Notes under the pieces: model-generated
Seen by the model: the letters and a program-made list of their open reading frames with translations, nothing else
What the model was told of the DNA's origin: nothing
Databases searched by the model: none
NCBI GenBank assembly: GCA_030059675.1
Contig: JANVYQ010000003.1
Coordinates: 35,547 to 99,546 of the forward strand
Direction: 5' to 3'
Source: Candidatus Pelearchaeum maunauluense
GTDB lineage: Archaea; Thermoproteota; Nitrososphaeria_A; Caldarchaeales; Caldarchaeaceae
DNA length: 64,000 bases
Program-made: the position numbers and the translations under genes
Part shown: positions 9,700-20,253 of the stretch, piece after piece
How the letters are laid out: each line of letters begins with the position of its first letter
How positions within the stretch are numbered: the stretch's first letter is position 1

Positions 9700-10600
9700 C
9701 TAGGGGAGCTCAACCCAGTCATCTAGGAAGGAACGCGCGTGCTGTGTGTCAACGCGGTAGGCGAATGCGGAGCCCATGCAGTTTGCGTTTAAGACGAATA
9801 AGTTGACGCCTACTATCACTTCTTCTCCTGTTTCTGTTTTGTGGATTACGGGGCCTCCTGAGTCTCCGAAGCATGTTCCTCCTGAGCCTGTTCCTAGTCC
9901 TGGGTCGTTGGTGTATTGTATGTTGAATCCATCGTTGAGCGCGCTGCGCAGGTCTATGAGCATTACTTCACCCACGTAACGGGTTCGTTCTGCTTGGAGG
10001 AATGGCCTTACTGACTGAAGTCCATAGCCTACTACTGTGAAATGAACCTCTTGGAGCCCTCTTCGCGTGGCTAGAGCGTCCAAATAGCCTTCGGGGGCTA
10101 GCTTTCCATATTCTGGCAGATCTATCTCCTCGTCAAAGATTATTAGACCAACATCATGGGTGTCGGGTATGGTTAGTCTTCCCGTCCACTCAGGATGTGC
10201 TATAGGTGTGCCTATCTCTCCTCCGCCGCATGGGTATCCTGCCACATCTGGCGTGCATGGTTCTCCAGGCTCCCAGTCAGGGTCAAGTTCTATGGGTCCT
10301 ACTTCAAACCATACCTGCGCGTGTGTGGGTATTATGTCTAAGTCTGGGTCGTAGCCTGCGCAGTGGCCCGCAGTTAGGAATATGTTGGGCGCTATCTGCG
10401 CGCCGCTACACCTCCAATAGGGGTATTAGGTTTCCTTCCTCGTCGGTGGTGTAGAAGACCGCCAGCCCGACGTATGGGTATCTATTGTCAGAGTCGGGCT
10501 CCCCAAACTGTATAGCCAGGACACTGCCCTGCGCTAGGGCTGCCAACGTCAACGCTGCTATAACAAGCGATATGGGTAGCTGTTTTCCAAAGTTTTTCAT
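9700..10600 (-). pseudogene. Secreted trypsin-like serine protease (S1 family) split by a frameshift near a GGGG run around 10411-10414. Signal peptide ORF 10406..10600, body 9700..10402
   Basis: MKNFGKQLPISLVIAALTLAALAQG signal. In the other frame, IFLTAGHCAGYDPD (His), HDVGLIIF (Asp), GDSGGPV (Ser). The full catalytic triad is present but split across two frames. Confidence 0.65.
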
Positions 10601-10674
10601 ATTAGCTATTTTAATTTCATGAATCCTTTATAAAATTTTATAATAAAACCACAAACTTGATTATCGTTATATTG

Positions 10675-11643
10675 CTATTTCCGCGCTGTATGCCTTTTCG
10701 TGAGAGGCGGTAGGTCTGCTAACGTGGCTAATCCTACTCCTGTTTTGTGTATTAGTTTCGCTACGTTGAGTATTACTGAAGCCGTCGCTATATCTCCTGG
10801 TGTTCCGCTGCTTCTCCACGTTATGCTCGGCTCCCCCTCTATTCTTATCTCATCATACTCCTCGTTATCCAGCCTGGCTACGAATCTAAGCCTTATCTGT
10901 ATATTCTCCTTTGTTATGGCTTCTGCGATTCCCTGAAGACCCAAGGCCCGCCCATCATCGCCCAGCAATGGTTTCTGCTCTTCATGAACATTTACGAGCT
11001 CCAGATTCAGCAGATGTGCGAGAAGAGCTATGGATTCTGCATACCCTACGTGGCCTGTAATCTTCCCAGAGTTCATTAACTCCATCCATTCATTCTCCGA
11101 AAGCCCTATTCCGATTTTCTTTTGGAAGCTTTGCCTACGTCTTGAAGCGTCAAGACTTCGCGTTATGCTAATTGATTTTATCTCGTGGCATGGTGTTGTG
11201 AGTATTGCTGGCAGGTAGTCAAAGAGGAATCCTGGGTTTATGCCAGCTCCTACTATTCTTGCCCCTCCTTTCTTTGCTTCTTCATTAAGCTGTGCTGCTA
11301 GTGATGGGTAGCGATAATAGGGATAGACTAGCGTCTCGCATGTTGATACTACATCAACACCGAGCTTGGCGCATAGGCTTAGCTGCGGATATACCCTATC
11401 CAAGTAGCTGCCTGTGGCGTGTATTACTACGTCGGGCTTGGTTCCTTCAATAACCCTCTCAGCATCACCATCGATTTTAACACCCATATCTCCTATCCTT
11501 AATACTTCACCGACATCTGCGCCCACTAAAGATGGATTAACATCAATCACCCCGACGCATCTAAATCCCTGTCTCAACGCCAGAGCTGTTATAAGCCGTC
11601 CTATCTCACCAAAGCCATACATAACGAAAGTTTGGGGCTCCAT
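10675..11643 (-). CDS. NAD(P)-binding oxidoreductase of the dihydrodipicolinate reductase (DapB)-like/amine dehydrogenase family
   Basis: N-terminal Rossmann MYGFGEIGRLIT, 322 aa, DapB-like layout. Confidence 0.5.
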   Translation of the reverse strand: MEPQTFVMYGFGEIGRLITALALRQGFRCVGVIDVNPSLVGADVGEVLRIGDMGVKIDGDAERVIEGTKPDVVIHATGSYLDRVYPQLSLCAKLGVDVVSTCETLVYPYYRYPSLAAQLNEEAKKGGARIVGAGINPGFLFDYLPAILTTPCHEIKSISITRSLDASRRRQSFQKKIGIGLSENEWMELMNSGKITGHVGYAESIALLAHLLNLELVNVHEEQKPLLGDDGRALGLQGIAEAITKENIQIRLRFVARLDNEEYDEIRIEGEPSITWRSSGTPGDIATASVILNVAKLIHKTGVGLATLADLPPLTKRHTARK

Positions 11644-11922
11644 AACTACCGCTCCACCACACCCTTATTAAATAATAAAAATAATTCTTAACTACGTTGG
11701 AAATCCGCCGTAAGAGAGTTCTCTGGCCTCATCTTATATGGTGGAATCTGAACAGAGTCGTTTTAAGTAGTGATTCTACGTTAAATGGAGTTTTTTTACA
11801 TTTTTTGGTTAAATGCGGGAAAAATCAACTTTGTGATTCTATCTAGGTGTTTTCATGGATAAATTATGGTGGTTGTTTGTTGGTGCGGGATGGTGATTGG
11901 CAAGGAGAAGGCTGGTGGAGGC

Positions 11923-12279
11923 ATGATGCGGGTAGTGGGAAAGCACGTATATGGAAATCTCTATGACTGTGATTCATCCATCATTAATGATGAGCGAAGG
12001 CTTGTTCAGGTGGTTAGAGAAGCGGCCGAGATAGCCAACGCTACACTAGTGGAGGTATATTCATGGAGTTTCGGAGGAGACATGGGCGGAATCTCGGTAA
12101 TAGCGCTGGTCAAAGAAAGCCATATAGCACTACACTCATGGAGCAGATACAATTACGCAACTCTAGACGTATATACCTGTGGAGAGCACACCAACCCAGA
12201 AAAAGGATTTGACTACATAGTTGAAGCGTTAAAGCCCAGGAAAGTAGTTAAACATGAGGCAAAGCGCTCATTAGAGTAA
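11923..12279 (+). CDS. speH: Pyruvoyl-dependent S-adenosylmethionine decarboxylase proenzyme family (SpeH-like; crenarchaeal paralogs can be arginine decarboxylase)
   Basis: MMRVVGKHVYGNLYDCD..., ESHIALHSW...DVYTCGE motifs. ORF-track start 11866 is probably too far upstream. Confidence 0.7.
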   Translation: MMRVVGKHVYGNLYDCDSSIINDERRLVQVVREAAEIANATLVEVYSWSFGGDMGGISVIALVKESHIALHSWSRYNYATLDVYTCGEHTNPEKGFDYIVEALKPRKVVKHEAKRSLE

Positions 12280-12281
12280 TT

Positions 12282-13436
12282 TCACATTATAGCACCTTCC
12301 CTCTTTAAGGCTGTTATCTCCTCATTACCCATGCCGAGCATTCTAAGCACTTCCTCAGTATGTTCTCCGAGTTCGGGAGCATGCGCTGTTATTTCTTCGC
12401 TTCTTATACATGATGGTGTTGAGAGTATCGTAACTGGTCCAAGATTTGGATAATCTTTACTGAATACTATATCCCTCTCAGCTACCAGCTCGCTCTTAAG
12501 CGCTTCATCAAGCTCTAGAACAGGAGCGAAGCACTCCACCTTGGAGTAAAGAATCTCAACCCATTCTTCAAGGCTCTTCGTCCTAAATAGCTGGCGTAGC
12601 TCTTCGGTTGCTTTACTGTCGTATTGTTTTTCTATGAGGTCTTCCCTGCCTACTGTCTTACAGAACTTCTCCCATATATGCGGTTCTAGGGGCATTCCTA
12701 GAGTTATGTATCGCCCATCCTTCGTCTCATATACGTTATAGCATGGTAAGCCACCCATCAATACATGCTCCCCACCCCGCGGCACTTTACCGCTTGCTAG
12801 ATACTCAGCAATGAAGAGAGATATGAATGGAAATACGCTCTCAAACATCGTTATGTCTAGCTGTTTCCCCCTGCCGCTTACTTGCCTCTCCAGAAGAGCT
12901 GAAAGTATTCCCAGCACTGCCGTTAATGCTGTGGCGAAATCAGCCAATAATACACCAGGAACTATAGGCCTGCCGTTCTCCTGTTTCATCATGCCTAAAG
13001 CGCCTGTAAGCGCCATGATGTTTATATCGTGAGCGGAAAGCCCAGAATACTTACCTCCATAACCAAATGCGGAGATTGAGCAGTAAATAATCCGTTCATT
13101 CAGTTTCCTAATTGATTCATAATCAATCCCTAGTCGTCTGGTTGTGGATGGATTAAAACCAATGATCACTATGTCCGAAACTTGGCATAACCTATAGAAT
13201 ATGTCGCGCCCAGCTTTTGATTTTAAATTGATGGCTATACTCTTCTTACCCCTATTAACAATAAGATGTAAGATACTAACATCTCCACGTATTGCGAGTT
13301 TTCTAGTTGTATCGCCGACTCCTGGTTGCTCTATCTTTATAACCTCTGCACCAAGCTCTGCAAGAAGTAGTGTAGCGTAACTCCATGGTGGCATGTTTGT
13401 AAGGTCCAGCACCCTCACCCTGCTAAGCGGCCTCAT
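12282..13436 (-). CDS. CoA-transferase family III (CaiB/BaiF-like)
   Basis: VRVLDLT...LLAELGAEVIKIE N-terminal signature, 384 aa. Confidence 0.8.
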   Translation of the reverse strand: MRPLSRVRVLDLTNMPPWSYATLLLAELGAEVIKIEQPGVGDTTRKLAIRGDVSILHLIVNRGKKSIAINLKSKAGRDIFYRLCQVSDIVIIGFNPSTTRRLGIDYESIRKLNERIIYCSISAFGYGGKYSGLSAHDINIMALTGALGMMKQENGRPIVPGVLLADFATALTAVLGILSALLERQVSGRGKQLDITMFESVFPFISLFIAEYLASGKVPRGGEHVLMGGLPCYNVYETKDGRYITLGMPLEPHIWEKFCKTVGREDLIEKQYDSKATEELRQLFRTKSLEEWVEILYSKVECFAPVLELDEALKSELVAERDIVFSKDYPNLGPVTILSTPSCIRSEEITAHAPELGEHTEEVLRMLGMGNEEITALKREGAIM

Positions 13437-13547
13437 GCGAGATGAATCAGTAACTACTATCGCATATTAGCATAATGAAAATTAACAGCGTTATTTCTCT
13501 ATAGTTGGAGTCTAAATACTTAAAGCGTATAAGACATTCCACACTTA

Positions 13548-15473
13548 TTGATTAGTCCTATGCCCAGCGTAATCTTGGGTGAGTCTGGTAAGTCTGATTT
13601 TCTGATGGGAAACGAGGCAATAGCACGGGGAGCTTTGGAGGCAGGTGTCGCTGTCGCTGCAGGTTATCCTGGAACGCCTTCATCCGAGATAATAGATACG
13701 TTGCTGGAGGTAGCTGAGGAGTTTGGGATTTACGTAGAGTGGTCTGTTAATGAGAAGGTCGCTCTAGAGATAGCTCTCGCGGCAAGTTTCTGCTGGGCTA
13801 GGTCGCTCTGCGCTATGAAGCACGTAGGCCTAAACGTTGCCCACGACGCTCTAGTGAATGCCTGCTACATAGGAGCGCGAGGAGGCTTCGTAATAGTCTC
13901 CGCGGAAGACCCTGGAGCATGGAGCTCGCAGAACGAGCAGGACAACAGATACATAGCCATGCAGGCCTACATGCCAGTCTTTGAGCCCTCAGACCCGCAG
14001 GAAGCAAAAGACATGATCGTCTATGCTTATGACTTCTCTGAGCAGCTGAATACTCCAGTCCTGCTCAGAACCGTGACGTGCGTAAGTCATTCTACGGGGA
14101 GTTTTGTCTTCGGCGATATCGTAAAGCCTGAAAGGCGGGTATATTTTGAGAAGCGGCCAGACTTGCTCATATACGATTCCGCCGGAGCTCGTAGGAATCG
14201 TCTAGCATTAATTAAACGATTCGAGAAAGTGCGGGAGGCAGTAAATAGCGTCCCCTTCAATAAGATGATGTTAAACGATGGCAGTGTGGGGGTTATTGTT
14301 TCAGGGGTAGCATACCGCTATGTGATGGAAGCTCTCAAAATTCTAGACAGAAAGGATAAAGTCTCTCTTCTGAAGATAGGTACACACTATCCCCCTCCAA
14401 GGGAAGCGATAGTAAGGTTCCTAGGCGCTGTTGATAGCGTCATGGTTGTTGAGGAGGTTGAGCCCATTCTAGAAACGCTTGTAAAGAGTATAGCTTATGA
14501 GGAGGATATAGATGTAGAGATTTGCGGACGGAGTATTCTTCCTAGAGGTGGCGAGCTAACCCCGCGCATAGTCTTGGAGGCGTTATCCAGCTTTCTAGAC
14601 ATAGATAATCCGCTTGATGCTGATGCGCTGGATAAGGCATGGGGCTACAGTAATAGCCTGCCACCACCTAGGCCGCCTACCCTGTGCCCAGGCTGCCCAC
14701 ACAGGGCAAGCTTCTACTCAATCTCCACAGTGGCTAAGAGGCTTGACAGGAATCCCAAGCTCTACGGGCTGGACCAACTATATGGGGAGAAAACAGAAAC
14801 AATACTGCCTGGCGATATAGGGTGCTACGGCCTGGCTTACCTACCGCCGTTCAAGGCAATAGACACGATAATCTGTATGGGCGCAGGCCTGGGGTTTGCC
14901 AACGGCCTAGCCAGGCTAGTAAAACAGCCAATAATAGTAAGCGTGGGAGATTCTACATTCTTCCACGCAACAATACCAGCTCTGATAAACGCCGTCTACA
15001 ACAACGCGCGGATAGTTCTGGTAGTGCTGGATAATGACGTAACAGCTATGGCTGGGGAGCAGCCCCATCCAGGTAGTAGCATCGTTTCCCAAGAGGGTAA
15101 GAGGCTTATAAAGATAGAGGACGTGGCCCGCGGATGTGGTGTGGAGCTGGTGCGCGTGGTCAATCCAGGAAACTTTGAAGAAACTCAAAAAGCGCTGGTG
15201 GATGCTCTGAAACATGATGGGCCGTCTGTCATAGTTCTTAGACGGCCTTGCGAGCTTCTACGAGTGCGTGAAAGGCTGCGCAAAGGAGAACCCCAGTCCC
15301 CATACATGGTGCTCACCGAGAAATGTACTGGCTGCATGATATGCATCAACCAGTTTGGATGCCCTGCTATAGTCAAAGCAGGTGATAAAGTGATGATAGA
15401 TTCCTCCATCTGTACTGGATGCGGGGACTGTGCTAAGGTCTGTGTTCCTAAGGCTATTGTGACGTGTGGTTAG
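13548..15473 (+). CDS. iorA: Indolepyruvate:ferredoxin oxidoreductase alpha subunit (IorA)
   Basis: GNEAIARGALEAGVAVAAGYPGTPSSEI TPP-enzyme N-terminus; C-terminal 2x[4Fe-4S] CTGCMICINQFGCP...CTGCGDCAKVC; 641 aa. Confidence 0.8.
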   Translation: MISPMPSVILGESGKSDFLMGNEAIARGALEAGVAVAAGYPGTPSSEIIDTLLEVAEEFGIYVEWSVNEKVALEIALAASFCWARSLCAMKHVGLNVAHDALVNACYIGARGGFVIVSAEDPGAWSSQNEQDNRYIAMQAYMPVFEPSDPQEAKDMIVYAYDFSEQLNTPVLLRTVTCVSHSTGSFVFGDIVKPERRVYFEKRPDLLIYDSAGARRNRLALIKRFEKVREAVNSVPFNKMMLNDGSVGVIVSGVAYRYVMEALKILDRKDKVSLLKIGTHYPPPREAIVRFLGAVDSVMVVEEVEPILETLVKSIAYEEDIDVEICGRSILPRGGELTPRIVLEALSSFLDIDNPLDADALDKAWGYSNSLPPPRPPTLCPGCPHRASFYSISTVAKRLDRNPKLYGLDQLYGEKTETILPGDIGCYGLAYLPPFKAIDTIICMGAGLGFANGLARLVKQPIIVSVGDSTFFHATIPALINAVYNNARIVLVVLDNDVTAMAGEQPHPGSSIVSQEGKRLIKIEDVARGCGVELVRVVNPGNFEETQKALVDALKHDGPSVIVLRRPCELLRVRERLRKGEPQSPYMVLTEKCTGCMICINQFGCPAIVKAGDKVMIDSSICTGCGDCAKVCVPKAIVTCG

Positions 15474-15477
15474 AGCT

Positions 15478-16593
15478 ATGAAGGTGGATAAAATCATCTC
15501 GAGTGTCGGTGGTCAGGGAACTATGCTGGCCGCCCGCGTGTTGGGCAGAGCCGCCTGCCGAGCAGGGGTAAACGCCCTAGGAGCAGAGCTTCTTGGACTC
15601 TCACAACGCGGCGGCTCGGTAGTAAGCCATATACGAATAGGAGACGATACATACTCACCAGTGATAATGGAAGGCACGGCAGAGGGAGCTGTGGCGGCCG
15701 TCCCCAAGCTAGCCGCCGCGGGAGTTCAGATAATAGTAGGCCCTCTAGCAACCATTGAGACCAAAGCCGTCTTGGATTTCCTGAACTCTAGGAAGATAGT
15801 TGCGATAAGCCCATCAAGCACGGGAACCGCCGCGCGTGTTAAGGATGACTTCGTATTCAGGATGCCGCCCCCAGACGTTTATCAAGCCCCAGCAATAGCT
15901 AGGATTGCGTGGGAGGTTGGTATAAGAAATCTGGTCATACTCGCTAGGAATGATGATTATGGTAAGGGGCTTGCCGATGGTGTTGAAGAGACGTTCATAC
16001 AGCTCGGTGGTAAGGTTACCAAGCTGCTCTACGACTATACTCAGCCAGACCTGAGCGCGGATGTTGAGCGAGCAAGCGCGGCTGTGGCTAACTATGGGGC
16101 TAACGAACAAACGGGCGTGGTCGTGATAGGGTTTGACGAGACGGTCAAAATATACGACAGGGCCAGGCTTGACCCCGTGCTATCTGAGGTTAGGTGGTTC
16201 GGTAACGACGCCGTAAAGAGGCCGACCTTCCTACCTCCCGAATCCAAGGAGGAGATAGCCGAGTTCCAGAGACAGGTACGCATACTCGGAACAGCCCCAG
16301 CGGTAGGGCCTGAAGACAACCTATTAGTCAAGAGATTCGTTGAGCGTTATAAGGAGAGATTTGGCGAGGAACCAAGCCTCTACTCATACTACGCATACGA
16401 CGCAGCCATGGTTGCGATGCATTACTACGGCGTAACTGGCTGGAAGCTGCTGGACGAGTATGGAGACAACGCTACTCCCCTATATGACATATGGACTGTA
16501 GTTAAACAGCCAGACGGAACATGGACCTTCAAGGTAGTCGGACTATACGACGGGGCTACGGGCTCCATCAAATTCTACGAAGAAGTTGGATGA
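15478..16593 (+). pseudogene. Chimeric ORF: first ~80 aa of IorB (indolepyruvate oxidoreductase beta) fused in frame to a LivK/LivJ-type branched-chain amino-acid binding protein that lacks its signal peptide and first ~90 residues
   Basis: N-terminus MKVDKIISSVGGQGTMLAARVLGRAA...SQRGGSVVSHIRIGDDTYSPVIMEG is IorB-like. From ...IIVGPLATIE...SPSSTG...FRMPPPD...ARNDDYGKGLADGVEETF...QPDLSADV onward it is type-1 periplasmic binding protein. No alternative frame continues IorB. Confidence 0.55.
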
Positions 16594-16675
16594 CCTAGCA
16601 AAACCATTACTCCCATATCTCCTCTTCTATTATTTTTGGCGTTAAGATACATAAACACCCAATAATGTTGGGCGA

Positions 16676-17449
16676 GTGTGCGGTATGGCTGAGATACTGG
16701 CGACACGCGAATTAACAAAAAAGTTCGGCGGCCTCATAGCAGTGAATAACGTAACTATGAGCATTAATCGCGGTGAGGTAGTAGGTCTAATAGGCCCTAA
16801 CGGGAGTGGGAAAACAACACTAATAAACGTAATATCAGGCCTTTACAAGCCTGACGCTGGGAAAGTTTACTTCAATTGAGAGGATATAACTGGTCTTGGT
16901 GCTTGGGATGTTTTTAAGAAGGGGTTGGTGAGAAATTTCCAAGTACCCAGACTTTTTGGCGGTATGCTGGTCTTTGAGAATGTTATGACTGCTTTCCGCG
17001 GCCAGAGGGGTGAGAACCCTATTCTGGCTCCGTTTAAATCCATGTGGGGGGAGCAGGAGATTAGCCTAGCTAGAGACGCGCTAAACATACTCTCACAGCT
17101 ACAGCTGGCCCATGTAAGGCTTAATTGGGCTACGGAGCTAAGCGGCGGGCAGATGAAGCTCGTTGAGATGGCCCGCTCACTAGCCTCGCAGCCCCAGATG
17201 CTACTCCTAGACGAGCCAGCGGCTGGAGTAGCTCCCAAACTAGCCCACGAAATATTCAAAAACATAATAAAACTAAACAAAGAACTGGGAATAACATTCA
17301 TCATAATAGAACACCGCCTGGACATACTATTCTACTACGTGGAACGCGTATTAGTCATGAACAATGGAAAACTAATCTTTGACGGAAGGCCTGAGGATGT
17401 TTACAAGGATAAGCTGGTCATAGAGGCTTATCTTGGTGAGGCTGAATGA
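16676..17449 (+). pseudogene. livG: LivG-type ABC ATPase with an in-frame TGA at 16877-16879 (GKVYFN-stop-EDITGL; the position is normally Gly/Asp)
   Basis: Walker A GPNGSGKTT before the stop. Q-loop, signature and Walker B follow in the same frame (16880..17449). Confidence 0.6.
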
Positions 17450-18165
17450 GTAATGCCATAATCGAGGCTAGGGGAGTTACTGCTGGTTATGGTAAGTCGG
17501 TGATAATTGAGGATAATGATATAGTTATTGAGCGGGGTAAGATTACCTCTATAGTTGGGCCTAACGGCAGTGGGAAGAGTACGCTTCTAAAAACGATTGT
17601 CGGGCTTACGCGTCTTTTTGCGGGGCATATAATTTATGATGGCCATGAAATAACGCGTATGCAGCCTGAGGAGAGGAGTAGGATAGGTATTGGATACGTG
17701 CCGCAGATTGCTAACATCTTCCCCAACCTCACGATAATTGAGAACCTTGAGATAGGCGGCTACATGAGGAAGAGTAAGGAGGAGGTTAAGCACGATATTG
17801 ATGAGGTGATGGATATCTTTCCTGTTTTGCGTGAGCGTGCGCGGCAGAAAGCTGGGACGCTAAGCGGAGGGGAGCGGCAGATGCTTGCTATGGCGCGCGC
17901 TTTGATGGCAAAGCCGAACATACTCCTGCTTGACGAGCCTGCTGCCGCTCTAGCTCCTATAGTGGTTTCACGCATCTTTGCGAAGATTCGCGAGATTGTT
18001 AGTAAGGGGATAACCGTAGTGCTCGTTGAGCAGCACGCAAAACGCGCATTAGAGTTATGCGACTACGGGTATGTAATGACTAGTGGAAGAATAGCCATGC
18101 GGGGAAGCGGCAGGGAAATACTCTCCGACGAGAAATTTGTAGAGGCCGTCCTAGGGAGGAGGTAA
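17446..18165 (+). CDS. livF: LivF-type ABC ATPase, apparently intact
   Basis: GPNGSGKSTLLKTI, LSGGERQMLAMARAL, LLLDEP; 239 aa; 4-nt overlap with livG. Confidence 0.8.
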   Translation: MSNAIIEARGVTAGYGKSVIIEDNDIVIERGKITSIVGPNGSGKSTLLKTIVGLTRLFAGHIIYDGHEITRMQPEERSRIGIGYVPQIANIFPNLTIIENLEIGGYMRKSKEEVKHDIDEVMDIFPVLRERARQKAGTLSGGERQMLAMARALMAKPNILLLDEPAAALAPIVVSRIFAKIREIVSKGITVVLVEQHAKRALELCDYGYVMTSGRIAMRGSGREILSDEKFVEAVLGRR

Positions 18166-18179
18166 GGCGCCCCCTGGCT

Positions 18180-19112
18180 ATAGACCTCACCCTACCTCTT
18201 CTAAACTCACTCGCCCTAGGGAGCCTCTATACCCTAATGGCCCTTGGGCTAACTATAACGTTCTCAGTAACAAGAATACCCAACTTCGCGCACGCGGAGT
18301 TGGTTACAGTGGGCGGATACGTTACCGCCGTGCTCGTTAATTTCATGGCGTTCCCCCCATATCTGGCTCTACTGTCCGCTTTCATAGCATCGGCAATACT
18401 AGCCCTAGGCATGGACGAGCTTGTCTTCAAACCACTATACAAACGAGGCTCCAGGCCGTTATTCCTATTGGTGGCTAGTATAGGTGTGGGCCTGATAGTG
18501 CGCTACACACTCTTCTCCCTTGCCGACGCTACAGGAAACATAACAATACAAACTAATGTGTCGGTAAACCCAATAATGAGGTTTGGTCGCGCATACATAA
18601 CCATGTTCCACGCCATAGTTATACCAGTAACAATAGCCATAGTCATAATCCTACACATACTCTTCCATTACACGCTCATGGGAAAGGCTCTGAGGGCTAT
18701 TTCGGACAACGAAGACCTAGCTAGAGTCTCTGGAATACGGATATACAGGCTACGGCGAGTAGCGTGGCTGATAGCTGGAGGGGCGGCTGGACTAGCGGGA
18801 GGCTTGTGGTCAATAAGCCTGATTATAGACCCCAACTTTGGATGGGACACACTTCTACGGATATTCGCATCCTCGATACTCGGCGGATTAACAAGCTTCT
18901 GGGGGACGATAATAGGCGGATACATAGTCGGCTTCGCAGAGAATATGGGAATAGCGACGCTCAATACCTGGTTTGGAATAAACACAGCATATAGGCCACT
19001 CATATCCTTCACCATCATAGTCGCGGTATTCCTGATAAGACCGCGCGGCTTCGCTGGTATAGATGTGAGAAGTATAATGTCTCGGTTGGTGGTGAGCAGG
19101 CCACGGTCCTAG
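18180..19112 (+). CDS. livH: LivH-type permease. The conserved N-terminus (I/M)DLTLPLLNSLALGSLYTL begins at an ATA codon (18180) where ATG is expected. The first canonical start (ATG 18237) would remove about 19 conserved residues
   Basis: In-frame stop-free extension upstream of 18237 matches the LivH consensus N-terminus (MDLLLQQLLNGL...). No ATG/GTG/TTG in that extension. Confidence 0.55.
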   Translation: MDLTLPLLNSLALGSLYTLMALGLTITFSVTRIPNFAHAELVTVGGYVTAVLVNFMAFPPYLALLSAFIASAILALGMDELVFKPLYKRGSRPLFLLVASIGVGLIVRYTLFSLADATGNITIQTNVSVNPIMRFGRAYITMFHAIVIPVTIAIVIILHILFHYTLMGKALRAISDNEDLARVSGIRIYRLRRVAWLIAGGAAGLAGGLWSISLIIDPNFGWDTLLRIFASSILGGLTSFWGTIIGGYIVGFAENMGIATLNTWFGINTAYRPLISFTIIVAVFLIRPRGFAGIDVRSIMSRLVVSRPRS

Positions 19113-19216
19113 ACCAGCTATACAGCATAACACCATTCATAACAACACTACTAACGTTCTACGCCGTCTATCTAATACTAGCCCTAAGCCTAAACCTAAT
19201 CTACGGATACTGTGGA

Positions 19217-20188
19217 GTGCCAAACTTTGGTCATGTATTCTTCCAGTCGGTAGGTGCTTACGTGGCTGGGAACATGACGGCCAACGTGCTTTACATGGTT
19301 GCGGTAGCTGGTGGTGATATATGCTCCGTAGCAACCGCAGAGGTGAGGCGTAACCTAGCTATAACCAGCCCACCACTTGCTATAGGTATGTTCGTAGCCT
19401 CGCTAGCTTTAGGCGCCGTCGTGGGCGGATTGCTCGGATATATAGCAAGCTACCCAGCACTCAGGTTGAAAGAAGACTATCTCGCAATCACGCTGATATT
19501 CATAGGCGAGATAGGCAGGATAATAGCGCGAAACGAAGAAGGAATAGCCTGCGGCCTAGTCGGCCTAACAGGGGTACCAAACCCCTTCATATGGCTAGGC
19601 GACCCCAACCTATCGCTAATAGCATACACCATTATGTCAATAATCATAGCAGGCCTCATCTTCATATTCCCGCAGAAGCTCTCCAACTCCCCCTTCGGAA
19701 GACTGCTGAAGAGTGTTCGCGACGACGAGACAGCCGCGATGAGCTTGGGCAAGAACGTAGCCAAGGCGCGGGGCTGGGCCATGATAGTAGGAAGCGCAAT
19801 AGCAGCAGTTGCAGGCGTGCTCAAAGTCTTCTACGCACAGGGAGTATTCGCAGACGACTACATACCATTAACAACGTTCGTAGTCCTCTCCATGGTAATC
19901 CTGGGAGGAATGGCTAACAATAGGGGAGTAATCCTAGGAGCACTAATCATAACACTGCTGGACTTCCTAATAGCGCCCTCACTCTTCAGACTGATGGGAA
20001 TAACAATACAATTCGACATAACATACATCAAATACATCATAACAGGCCTAATCATAGTCCTAGTCCTCCTATTCAAGCCGCAGGGAATATTACCCGAAAA
20101 ACCAATAGAGACGCCTGCCTTAAGCTTGGTTAAAAAGGAAGATAAGTCATTAAGCAATAAATCCTTACAGAAAAACAGAATGAGCTGA
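19217..20188 (+). CDS. livM: LivM-type permease. Conserved N-terminal TM region (LDQLYSITPFITTLLTFYAVYLILALSLNLIYGYCG) lies upstream of the GTG at 19217 in a stop-free frame with no canonical start
   Basis: GLN-like LNLIYGYCGVPNFGHVFFQSVGAYVAG motif; 323 aa from the GTG; upstream frame is open back to 18995. Confidence 0.55.
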   Translation: MPNFGHVFFQSVGAYVAGNMTANVLYMVAVAGGDICSVATAEVRRNLAITSPPLAIGMFVASLALGAVVGGLLGYIASYPALRLKEDYLAITLIFIGEIGRIIARNEEGIACGLVGLTGVPNPFIWLGDPNLSLIAYTIMSIIIAGLIFIFPQKLSNSPFGRLLKSVRDDETAAMSLGKNVAKARGWAMIVGSAIAAVAGVLKVFYAQGVFADDYIPLTTFVVLSMVILGGMANNRGVILGALIITLLDFLIAPSLFRLMGITIQFDITYIKYIITGLIIVLVLLFKPQGILPEKPIETPALSLVKKEDKSLSNKSLQKNRMS

Positions 20189-20253
20189 TAAACGCTCTGC
20201 GGCGTTTAGGCTAAATTAAGGCTTTATATAACGTAGATAGCAGGTGGCAGGGT

